DNA from: Chrysemys picta bellii
Lineage: Eukaryota
Assembly: GCF_011386835.1 (NCBI RefSeq)
Contig: NC_088807.1
Span: 23,250,001 to 23,314,000 of the forward strand
Length of the DNA stretch: 64,000 nucleotides
Reading direction: 5' to 3'
A program made the position numbers and the translations under genes. Below are positions 24,932 through 36,160 of the stretch, in pieces (positions within the stretch are counted from its first letter, which is position 1; each line of letters opens with the position of its first letter). Under the pieces are notes generated by a model. It worked only from the letters and a program-made list of their open reading frames with translations, did no database searches and was not told the DNA's origin.

Positions 24932-26071
24932 TGTGACGGGTTGGATCACGGAAACCCCCTTGGGAGCTGCCACCCGATGTGCAAAGACTACCCCTGCTTC
25001 CGTTTTCCCTGCCAGCTCAGGACTCCAGCACCCTGTCTTGCTGAGCCAGACACTCCTGTCTGGCTCCAGACACAGACCCAGGGTCTGAATCACTTGTCCC
25101 AGAGCTGCAAGTTTACCTGAAAACAGCTCACAGAAGTGCGCTTGTCTTTAGCACTCAGATGCCCAACTCCCAATGGGGTCTAAACCCAGCTAAATCCGTT
25201 TTACCCTGCATAAAGCTTATGCAGGGCAAACTCATAAATTGTTCACCCTCTATAACACTGATAGAGAGATATGCACAGTTGTTTGCTCCCCCAGGTATTA
25301 ATACATACTCTGGGTAAATTACTAAATAAAAAGTGATGTTATTAAATACAGACAGTAGGATTTAAGTGGTTCCAAGTAGTAACAGACAGAACAAAGTAAG
25401 TCACCAAGCAAAATAAAATAAAATGTGCAAATCTATGTCTAATCAAACTGAATACAGATAATCTCACCCTCAGAGATGCTTCAGTAAGTTTTTTTCTCAG
25501 ACTGGACACCTTCCAGGCCTGGGCACAATTCTTTCCCCTGGTACAGCTCTTGTTGCAGCTCAGGTGGTAGCTAGGGGATTCTTCATGATGGCTCCTCCCC
25601 CTCTCTGTTCTCTTCCCCCCTTTATATATCTTTTGCATAAGGCGGGAACCCTTTGTCCCTCTTGGTTTCCACCCCCCCTCACTGGAGAAGCACCAGGTTA
25701 AAGATGGATTCCAGTTCAGGTGACATGATCACATGTCACTGCAAGACTTCATTACTCACTTGCCAGCCCACACAGATACAGGAAGACTCACAGGTAAATA
25801 CAGCCATCTGCAGACAATGGGAGTCATCAAGATTCCAAACCATCATTAACGGCCCACACTTTACATAATTACAATAGGCCCTCAGAGTTGTGTTTTATAT
25901 TTCTAGTTTTAGATACTAGAGTGATACATTTATACAAATAGGATGATCACACTCAGTAGATTATGAGCTTTGTAATGATACCTTACAAGAGACCTTTTGC
26001 ATGAAGCATATCCCAGTTACATAATATTCACTTATATTTTTATAAAACCATAGAGACTGCACAACGTCACA
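24932..26071 (+). mobile_element. Solo LTR (Gypsy-like, 1140 bp) inserted in an old CR1 fragment
   Basis: TGTGACG...CGTCACA perfect 7-bp terminal inverted repeat; flanks GAGAG/GGGAG (5-bp TSD with one mismatch); AT-richer than surroundings; CR1-like sequence on both sides (about 24830-24931 and 26072-26140). Confidence 0.85.
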
Positions 26072-27403
26072 GGGAGGTTTAAGGCTTGGTTGGACAAACA
26101 GCAGGTTGGGCTGGTCTAGACTCGCTCAGCTCCGTTCTAGGTGACTGAGGTCAGCCCAGTTGATCCACGTGTCTCTGGTGGGCAGGAAGCCACTAGATCA
26201 GGCGTGTGTAATCAATGACTCAGGCCAGCCTTGGAAAGCGCTTTAAACGCCTACCCCGTGCCCATGAGTCACCTGCCAGGGCGCACAGTCTCTGTGCATC
26301 TTGGGAGTCTTCCACTCCTCCTCCGGCCAAGCCAGATCCTCCCCCTGGCTTGCACCCGGCTCAGGTCAAGGAAATCCAGGACAGGTCCCCCCCCGCCAGT
26401 AATACAGCTGAGAGCAAGGGCCAGCCGCTGCTCCTTAAAGAGTCCAATCTTCACAGCAGGAAGGAGCCTTCTCTCCTTGTACAGATGGGGAAACCGAGGC
26501 AGGGTCCAGGCCCCTCTGAGGGAGAATGCCAGGGATAGAACCCTGGAGTCCTGGCACCTCCCTGCTCTAGGGAGTAGACCCACCTCACCCCTCCCCACAG
26601 CTGGGGAGAGAACCCAGGAGTCCCAGCCCCCTTACCCCAACTCTGCCCTCCCCTCCCAAGAGAGGGGATCAAGGAGTCCTGGTTCCTAGCACCTACTTTA
26701 AGTTTAAGAGGCTGATGTAACAAGGCCTTGGGCCACTTATACAATACACCCCCCACCCTCAAGGGGGAAGTTGGGAGGTTTATTAACCCTTTGTGCTCAT
26801 ACCAATCTTTATCCGCACCCCCCCTGAGGCTGCGTTACAGAGACCAGCCTGCATCTAAGGGCTCAGCCTGGCGGGAGACATCCAGGAAATTCTCACCGTT
26901 CGGAGGCCAAGGGGTTGGTTTGAACACCACCACGCAGAACAAGCGGCCGTGTTTTAAACCTTTATTAACAGACTTGGAGCAGTTAAAAAGCAGCCCAGAG
27001 TCAGGGTGGCAGGGGAATAAAATACCAAGGCGATTCAGAAACACAAAGAAGAGGCCATGTCCTCTTGAGAAATTGACTCCTCCCTCCCCCCTTCATCCAG
27101 GTATAAAAAAAAATAAATATTTAGTCCCCTCTGAGGCCGGATGGACCAGCCGGAAAATAATTTAACAGTAATAAATAAACGCAACAGATTGGAGCACGTG
27201 CAGGTTAGAGATTGAGGTAGGTAAAGGGGTGTCATCCCCAAAGAAACCCAGGAGTCCTGGCTCCCAGCCCCCCCCCCCCACTCTAACCACTAGACCCCAC
27301 TCCCCTCCTAGAGCCAGGGAGAGAACCCAGGAGTTCTGGCTCCAGAGCCAGAAGGGTTAATGCAATCACCACTGGGGGCGCCAGGGGGAACAGAGTCTGT
27401 GGC

Positions 27404-29585
27404 CTAGCCCAGTCTTCCATCCCGGATGCCTGGGTCCTCCACTCCCCTATAATCGGAGGGGAGGGGCATATGCTTCCCAGCCTGATCCTCCCAGACACCT
27501 GGGTCCTCCATCCTTTCAGAGCAGAGCTGGAGAGACTTGTCCCGCATCCCCTGCCCCGGGTTCTCCTTTCCCTCGTGGAGGGGGAAGGGAGTCTCCTGTC
27601 CTGCCAGCTCCTGGGCTGCACCATGGATCTTCCTCCAGGCTCGGGCCCGATGTCCCGGCTCCAGACAGGGCCCCAGGACAGCCCCCAGCTGCTCGATGCG
27701 CCGGCGAAAGCGGCTCCGGTCCCGGGCCAGCTCCTCCCAGGGCCCCCGGCGGGCAGCCTGGCTGGCAAAGGGCCAGACCAGCAGGGGGTGCACGGTGACG
27801 ATGAGGGAGAATCGAACCTGGGCGGGGGGAAGAAAGAGGGTGAGAGAACCCAGACACTAAGGACATGGGGGAGAGGCCCATAACCACTAGACCCCCCCCA
27901 CCCCCTCCCAGAGCCAAGGAGAGAACCCAGGAGTCCTGGCTCCCAGCCCCCCCTGCTCTAACCACTAGACCCCACTCCCCTCCCTTCTGCACCAAACTTT
28001 CTGCTCCCTAGAAGCAGCTGGTCCGGGCCAGCCTGTCTCCGTGGGAGGGGTGGGGTGGGGGGGGGGGGGGGGAAGGCAGCCAATGACTCACCCGTTGACA
28101 TCATCCCCTTCCGGGAAAACCCAGGGTTACACAGAAGTTACCAGATGTTTCCTAGCAAAGGGGGTGGGGTAGGGCTGCGGGTTGGGAGTGAGGGGCACCG
28201 GCAGGGCTGGGGGGAGCCCAGGGCTGGGCTAGCAGGGGGCTGGGGGTCAGGAGTGAGGGGCACTGTGTAGCTCTTGGGGCAGATGGGGGGGATGAGGTTG
28301 AGATGCCCACCTAGGGGAAACCTCTTCCCCCCCCCCAGGACCCAGCAGGTCCCATTTCACTCCATTGCATAAGATACCACCTCCCTCATGGGAAGGCAGG
28401 TGAATGATGTCACCCCCTGAAATTACCCAGCAGGCCACTGGACCTGTGCTTAGGGAAACTGGTTGGAGGAGAACCCAGGAGTCCTGGCTCCCAGCCCCCC
28501 TCTGCTCTAACCACTATACCCCACTCCCCTCCCAGAGCCAGGGAGAGAACCCAGGAGTCCTGGCCCCAGCTCACCTTCTTAGCTGTCCGGTTGCCCTCAG
28601 AGTCCGAGGTCTCCGCCTTGACGGGGTCCCCGGCTCCCCGGGATCCCCGCTCACAGCGGTGAGTCCTACCGGGGACACGCCGTCTCATAGGCCAGGGCTT
28701 TTCTGGGGGTTTCCAGGGGTCCCCCACTTTCTCAGCCTCAGAGTCCGACCCGCAGAGGTAGAAGGAAACCCGGAATTCCTGGTCCTTGGGCCGTGGCGGG
28801 GTGGGGCCCAGGGGGGCCCTGGCTAAGCGTAGCGGGTTGAAGGGGTCCTGCCCATGGCACAGGGCCCCCCACAGCGCTTCGTTCTCCTCACGCCAGGCGT
28901 CGTCTTCCAGCTCCTCCTCTGAATCGGTCCAGTCTGTGCCGGAGCAGTGCCCTCCATCATCTCCCTCCTCCTCGCTGGGCCAGTCCCCGGCCTCGTCGTC
29001 GTCCTCCTCCTCGGGGCAGTAGAACAAGGACAGGACCAGGGGGTTCCCAGTGACTGGGTGCCCCGGGTCTGTGCCACCCTGCGGGCAGCTGGGGGCATCT
29101 CCCCCAGGCGGCTTGAGGCCTCCAGGTTTCCCACCGGCCCCGTGACATTTCCTGTCCTGTGGGGACCCGGATGGATCATCCCAAGGTTGCTTCTGACCAT
29201 CTTCAACGTCCTCCAGATGTTCCTCCATCTCCAGCCGTGCCGTGGCCTCTTCTCCACGGCTCGCTCCCTCCTCCTGGTCGTGGGACACAGAAGGAGCTCG
29301 GGGGTATCCCCCCGAATTCTCTCCTTCCCGACGGGGGGCTGGCCCCTGGGACGCAGCAGGACCAGCCACAAAGTCCTCCCCTTTCTCCGGGGCTTCCAGA
29401 TGTGCCAGGAGCGGGGTGGCCAAGCCACAGCATGGGCGGGCCGGCCCAAAGCTCTTCTTCCTCCTCTGCCACCTCCTCATCATCACGGCTGTGGGGAGGC
29501 GACGCCAGTAACCCAGGAGTGGCAGCGCGGCCCAGGTGAGCACATCCAGGAGGCCACCCAGTTGCGGGGACAAGACGCAGCGCAT
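27404..29585 (-). CDS. PPP1R15A: Protein phosphatase 1 regulatory subunit 15A (GADD34), about 474 aa
   Basis: Exon 2 CDS 28575-29585 (acceptor after 29620, MRCVLSPQ.., acidic PEST-like blocks, ends AKK). Exon 3 27404-27817 ([32 protein letters not shown]). The PP1-binding KVRF is split by the intron; the WExxARDRxRF eIF2a/PP1 region is present. AU-rich 3' UTR with minus-strand AATAAA at 26961-26966. Confidence 0.93.
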
Positions 29586-30982
29586 CTCGACAGGGCTGGG
29601 AGTCGTGGTTCCCTCAGGGGCTGGAATGGGGAAGGGAGACACGTCAGTGCCGGAGAATCCAGCGGTCAGGTGTGTATGTAGGGGGGGATGGGGCATCATT
29701 GTGGGGCTCCCAGCTCATCCATTGGGAAATTTCCCAGCCACAGACATCCCCCACTTCCCCCAAGCAGGGAAAGAACCCAGGCGTCCCAGCTCCTATCTGC
29801 TCTATATTATTAGATTTCCCTAGAGCTGGGGAAAGAACCCAGGAGTCCGAGCTCTCCTGGCTCTGGCAGATGGCTCCTGAGTGCCAGTCCCTGGTACCAT
29901 CAGCCCTCTGTAACCAGCCTGGTGGGACCCCCCCCCCCCCCCGGAGTTTGTAAATGTCTCAGCAGTGACTCAGAACAAAGTGTGTGTGTGGGGGGGGGAA
30001 GAGCTGGGAGCCCGGACTCCTGGGTTCTCTCCCTAACTCGGAGAGGGGCGTGAGGGTGAAGTGGTTAGAACAGGGGGGAATAGGAACCAGGACTCCTGGG
30101 TTCTATCCCTGGCTCTCTGTGCCTCAGTTTCCCCTCTAGTTTTCAGGGTTGTTTTTTTTTCTTTTGGGCGGGGGCACCCAGAGGCTTCCACGCCTCTGGA
30201 GTCTCCGGTTGAGTGACTGAGGGAGACCTAGGAGTGTCTGGCTACACCCCAACCTGGAAACTGGGGATGCACGCACACACACACCCCACCCCGGCTAGGT
30301 CCCCAGAGCTGCGGGGGGGGTGGGGGGGGCAGTGTCAGATCGTCACAGGTTCGGTCTGGTGTTGGGGCTTGGAGCTAGATTGGGGAGCTGCTGGTGGGAC
30401 AGGGGGTGATCAGTGGGAGAAATAGGGATCAGTGTCAGAGGGAGGAGGGGCTGTGGGAACACCCTGGGAGGCTGGTATGCAGCCCTGCTGAAGGAGCGGG
30501 GTCCCCTGGACAGTGGGGAAACACCCCAAGTTTTGACACCCCTCCCACAGCACAGCTCACCCCATTCCAGGGCACAGATCCCGAGGGGGAGAAATGTACA
30601 GTGGGGTGTTGAATAAACAGAGGACAGGATCACCCCAATGTGGGGCACTTGGGGTCAGAATGGGGGGGGCTCAGAATAAGAGGGGGAACAGACCCCCTAA
30701 AATGGGACACCAGGCTGGGGCCACTGGCCAGGGAGTGGGGGGTGGACAGGGTCAAGGATGGGGGGTCAGGGAAGAAGAGCAGTTTGGCAAAGGCAGAATA
30801 AGGGTGCAGGGCCCTCAATTGAGCCGGGGGAAACAAGGGGTGCAGGTTGAGTTGTGGGGTGCAGGGAAGAAAGGGGGCACGGGGGGAATAGAGGGAGTCA
30901 GTGGGGCAGGGGAGGCGGATCGGGGGGCTCCGTGTTGCCGCCCCCCAGGGCAGCAGGGCGTTGGGGTCCCCCCCTTACCGGC

Positions 30983-31069
30983 TCAGCCGGTGAGCAGGGC
31001 GCTCCAGCAGCGGGCGGGATCCGTGGGGCGGGCGGGGTCCGTGGGGCAGGCGGCGGCGGGCGGCTCCAT
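30983..31069 (-). CDS. uORF in PPP1R15A non-coding exon 1 (28 aa, MEPPAAACPTDPARPTDPARCWSALLTG*)
   Basis: ATG at 31069 in weak -3 context (cccATGG); TGA ends at 30983, 4 nt before donor GTAAG (exon 1 boundary 30979). Same position as the mammalian GADD34 inhibitory uORF. Confidence 0.8.
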   Translation of the reverse strand: MEPPAAACPTDPARPTDPARCWSALLTG

Positions 31070-31129
31070 GGGGTCTGGTTGTGCTGTGGCTGGAGGCAGA
31101 GAAGTGATGGGCGGGGCCGGGCGCGCCGG

Positions 31130-31156
31130 GTTATATAGCGCCTGGCGCTGACGTCA
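31130..31156 (-). promoter_or_regulatory. PPP1R15A core promoter: TATA box and palindromic CRE
   Basis: TATATAA on minus strand at 31132-31138; TGACGTCA at 31149-31156; GC box at about 31110-31120. Confidence 0.85.
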
Positions 31157-31199
31157 CGGGGTGGGGGGAGGGCGACAGAGCGCTACGCAGCTCGGCACG

Positions 31200-33530
31200 T
31201 AGCCAGCAACACACCGCCCAGCACGTGCCCAGCCGTGCAACACAACACACACCACCCAGCACGTGCAACACAACACAACACACACAACCCAGCACGTGCC
31301 CAGCCGTGCAACACAACACACACAACCCAGCACGTGCAACACAACACAACACACACAACCTAGCACGTGCCCAGCCGTACAACACAACACAACACACACA
31401 ACCTAGCACGTGCCCAGCCGTGCAACACAACACACACCACCCAGCACGTGCCCAGCCGTGCAACGCAACACAACACATACAACCCAGCACGTGCAACACA
31501 ACACAACACACACAACCCAGCACGTGCCCAGCCGTGCAATGCAACACAACACATACAACCCAGCACGTGCCCAGCCGTGCAACGCAACACAACACACACA
31601 ACCCAGCACGTGCCCAGCCGTGCAACACAACACAACACACACAACCCAGCACGTGCCCAGCCGTGCAACGCAACACAACACATACAACCCAGCACGTGCC
31701 CAGCCGTGCAACACAACACAACACACACAACCCAGCACGTGCCCAGCCGTGCAACACAACACAACACACACAACCCAGCACGTGCCCAGCCGTGCAACGC
31801 AACACAACACAACCCAGCACGTGCCCAGCCGTGCAACACAACACAACACACACAACCCAGCACGTGCCCAGCCGTGCAACACAACACAACACACACAGCC
31901 CAGCACGTGCCCAGCCGTGCAACGCAACACAACACAACACACACAGCCCAGCACGTGCCCAGCCGTGCAACACAACACACACAACCCAGCACGTGCCCAG
32001 CCGTGCAATGAAACACAACACAACACACACAACCCAGCACGTGCCCAGCCGTGCAATGAAACACAACACAACACACACAACCCAGCACGTGCCCAGCCGT
32101 GCAACACAACACAACATACACAACACACACAGCCCAGCAAGTGCCCAGCAGTGCAATGCAACACAACACAACATACACAACACACACAACCCAGCACATC
32201 CCCAGCAGTGTAACAACGCAACACAACATACACAACACACACAACCCAACACTTGCCCAGCAGTGCAACACAACACAACATACACAACACACTCAGCCCA
32301 GCACATACCCATCAGTGCAACACAACACAATGCAACATACACAACCCAGCATGTGCCAAGCAGTGCAATGCAACACAACACATGCAAAACAGTGCAATTC
32401 GAGACAATACAGCGCATACCCAGCAACATGTACACAACCCAACCCAGCACAACACAACACAGCACGTACCCAGCAGTGCAATGCAACACGTACACAACAC
32501 ACAACATACCGGTTCACAGCACAGCGTGTGAACAACTGAGCGCCACAGAACCCCCCTCCCCAACACATACACAACAGTCCACAATGCAGCACGTACACAA
32601 CACAACACACATAACAGTACACAATGCGGTACATGCACAATAGAGTGCAAGACAACAATTCCAGACACATCACAACATGCACACACAATATAACCCCTCA
32701 CAATGCAGGCCCTATCCTGCCCCACCCAACACATACAGCAACACACACAGCACAACAGAGCATCCAGATGCCACACACCTCACGCACAGCACAGTGCAAA
32801 CCATGCAGAACAAATGCCACACAACCGAGCAAATACACAACACAGTCACAATCCAACACACGCAACATAATGGTGCAAACACACAACACAGTCACAATCC
32901 AATGCATGCACAACACATCAGTGCAAATGCACAACACAGTCATAATCCAACACACACAGCACAACGGAACAAATATACAACACAGTCGCAATCCAACACA
33001 GCACGCACACAACCCTGCCCAGTGCACACACAACAGAATCACAACACCACATCCACAATAGAGCCTGCACACAACCATACACCCATTGCACATACAACCC
33101 AATCAAAGCAACACAATCCCAAGCAATACACAACACAGGCAACGCAACCACAACATGGCAACTCAGTACAATCACAACCCGCTCCAGGAGCCTGCCCAGC
33201 ACACTGAATACACACCACTCGACAATACTGCACAAGCTCAACACACACATAACACCACAACCTAGCAAAACTCAACACAAAGCACCACCAGACAATATAA
33301 CACCATCACACAACACAACACAACAGTAGGCACAGCACACAGCACAGAGCCCCCGGAAACACAGCACAACCCAGGGATGTTTAACACACCATGCAAACAC
33401 ACAGTGCAATACAACACCCTCTGGCGGAGCAGCACAAAAGGTGACACGGCGTGTGGCACATAACGCAACCCACACAATGCTGCTCTCCAGAGATACACAA
33501 CAACACAACCACCACTAAACGTAATACCAA
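31200..33530. repeat. CA-rich tandem array (about 35-45-bp unit) decaying into CA low-complexity sequence
   Basis: Unit AACCCAGCACGTGCCCAGCCGTGCAACACAACACAACACAC; homogeneous to about 32100, degenerate beyond. Confidence 0.95.
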
Positions 33531-33730
33531 ACTAAACATTGTCTATGTGGGAGCCAGGACTCCTGGGTTCTCTCCCCGGCTCTGGGAGGGGAGTGGGGTC
33601 TAGTGGTTAGAGCAGGATGGGGGCTGGGAGCCAGGACTCCTGGGTCCTTTCTAGCTCTAGGCAACACAGGGGTCCCAATCCAGGCCTGGTGGGGGATGAC
33701 TGGGGATCCCCGTTACACTCCTGCGGGGTT

Positions 33731-33845
33731 GGAGTTTCCCTTGAAATTCCAGGCCTCCGCGCACTTTCACTATTAGTTTTCACTTTCACTTTTTGGACTT
33801 ATTTTTCTTCCGTTTTCAAAACGGTGCGAATGTAGTTTTCGTTTG
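33731..33845. promoter_or_regulatory. NF-kB plus IRF/ISRE motif cassette
   Basis: GGAGTTTCCC (rc GGGAAACTCC) 33731-33740; TTTTCACTTTCACTTTT (rc AAAAGTGAAAGTGAAAA) 33777-33793; CACTTTCAC 33762-33770; AGTTTTCGTTTG about 33834-33845. Confidence 0.6.
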
Positions 33846-34725
33846 CTTCCGTCTCTGCAGCTGAAGTAGTTGGTTGGTGGGGAGGGGCCTGGGAGCCTGG
33901 ACTCCTGGGTTCTCTCCCTGGCTCTGGGAGGGGAGTGGGGGTCTGGTGGTTAGAGCAGGAGGGACTGGGGGCCAGGACTCCTGGGTTCTCTGTGTGTCTT
34001 GTTGCCACCCTGTGCCTCAGTTTCCCTGTTTGTGAAATGGGATAATGACCCCCTTAGGGACGCACCAGGGATATTAACAGGGTCCCCTTTATAGATCCCC
34101 ATTACTCAGGGCGGACTTCTCTGGGCAAGCCCCGCCCCCCATCTGCAGCGGGGGGGGGGAGGTGGGCGTGGCCAGACATGCAGCGCCCCCGGGAGCCATG
34201 GGCAGGTGCAGGGGCCGGGACGCCGCCCTGTCCTGAAGGGGTCCAGCCACACGGGGGCGTCAGATGCTCAGGCCAAGTGTGTGTGCGGGGGGGAGGGGAG
34301 GGGAATGACCCTGTATCTGTGGGGCACATGGGTCAGCCCCTCCCCAACACACACCCCTCCACCTCCAGGCACCTCTCTGGGTTCCCAACACCCACGCTAA
34401 CCCACCCCCTCCCGAGCCAGGGAGAGAACCCAGGTGTCCTGGCTCTCAACCCCCTCGGCTCTAACCACTAGCCCCCACTCCCTTCCCAGAGCCAGGGAGA
34501 GAATCCAGGAGTCCTGGCTCCCAGCCCCCCCTGCTCCAACCACTAGACCCCCCGTCCCTTCCCAGAGCCAGGGAGAGAACCCAGGAGTCCTGGCTCTCAA
34601 CCCCCTCGGCTCCAACCACTAGCCCCCACTCCCTTCCCAGAGCCAGGGAGAGAAGCCAGGAGTCCTGGCTCCCAGCCCCCCTTGCTCTAACCACTAGACC
34701 CCACTCCCCTCCCAGAGCCAGGGAG

Positions 34726-34849
34726 TAGGGTGACCAGACGGCAAGTGTGAAAAATTGGGACAGGGGGTGGGGGGTAATAGGAACCTATATAAGAAAAAGA
34801 CCCAAAAATCAGAACTGTCCCTATAAAACCAGGACGTCTGGTCACCCTA
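34726..34849. mobile_element. hAT-type MITE (124 bp)
   Basis: TIR TAGGGTGACCAGA...TCTGGTCACCCTA; perfect 8-bp TSD CCAGGGAG (34718-34725 and 34850-34857). Confidence 0.92.
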
Positions 34850-35039
34850 CCAGGGAGAGAACCCAGGAGTCCTGGCCCGGAGCCCCCCTGCTCTCTGTCC
34901 CCGCCCGGCCCTGGTGAGGCTGTGGTGGGAGGGGAATGGACGGAGGAGAAATTCTCTTTGTCCCAGTCTCCTCCGGGGAGCCGGGCAGTTATTCGGGGCG
35001 GGGGGGCGAGAAACAGCTGAGAGCGAGAGGAAGGGGCGG

Positions 35040-36160
35040 CTGGGGATGGATAGATAGATAGAGGGAGTGGATGGGGATATATAGGAAGAGGGGTGTTGGG
35101 GGACAGGAAGAGGGGTGTTGGGGGATAGAAGGCTAGAGGGGTGTAGGGGGACGGATGGTAGAGGGGCGTAGGGGGATAGGTAGAGGGGCATAGGGGGATA
35201 GGAAGAGGGGTGTAGGGGGACAGGAAGAGGGATGTAGGGGGACGGATGGTAGAGGGGTGTAAGAAGACAGGAAGAGGAGTATAGGGGGATGGAAGGCTAG
35301 AGGGGTGTTGGGGGACAGGAAGAGGGGTGTTGGGGGATGGAAGGCTAGAGGGGTGTTGGGGGACAGGAAGAGGGGTGTTGGGGGATAGAAGGCTAGAGGG
35401 GTGTAGGGGGACGGATGGTAGAGGGGCGTAGGGGGATAGGTAGAGGGGCATAGGGGGATAGGAAGAGGGGTGTAAGGGGACGGATGGTAGAGGGGTGTAG
35501 GGGGACAGGAGGAGGGGTGTAGGGGGACGAATGGTAGAGGGGTGTAGGGGACAGGAAGAGGGGTGTAGGGGGACGGATGGTAGAGGGGTGTAGGGGGACA
35601 GGAAGAGGGGTGTAGGGGGACGGATGGTAGAGGGGTGTAAGAAGACAGGAAGAGGGGTATAGGGGGATGGAAGGCTAGAGGGGTGTTGGGGGACAGGAAG
35701 AGGGGTGTTGGGGGACAGGAAGAGGGGTGTTGGGGGATGGAAGGCTAGAGGGGTGTTGGGGGACAGGAAGAGGGGTGTTGGGGGATAGAAGGCTAGAGGG
35801 GTGTAGGGGGACGGATGGTAGAGGGGCGTAGGGGGATAGGTAGAGGGGCATAGGGGGATAGGAAGAGGGGTGTAAGGGGACGGATGGTAGAGGGGTGTAG
35901 GGGGACAGGAGGAGGGGTGTAGGGGGACGAATGGTAGAGGGGTGTAGGGGACAGGAAGAGGGGTGTAGGGGGACGGATGGTAGAGGGGTGTAGGGGGACA
36001 GGAAGAGGGGTGTAGGGGGACGGATGGTATAGGGGTGTAAGGGGACAGGAAGAGGGGTGTAGGGGGACAGGTAGAGGGGTGTAGGGGGACGGATGGTAGA
36101 GGGGTGTAAGAAGACAGGAAGAGGGGTGTAGAGGGACAGGAAGAGGGGTGAGGATAGGGA
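35040..36160. repeat. G/A-rich 22-25-bp tandem array
   Basis: GGGGTGTAGGGGGACGGATGGTAGA and GGGGTGTTGGGGGACAGGAAGA units with higher-order block repeats. Confidence 0.95.

Noticed and set aside
31131-33278. Long Cys/Val-rich and Thr/Gln/His-rich ORFs (up to 472 aa)
   Set aside because: Translations of the CA-rich tandem array; open in many frames on both strands, no splice or homology support.
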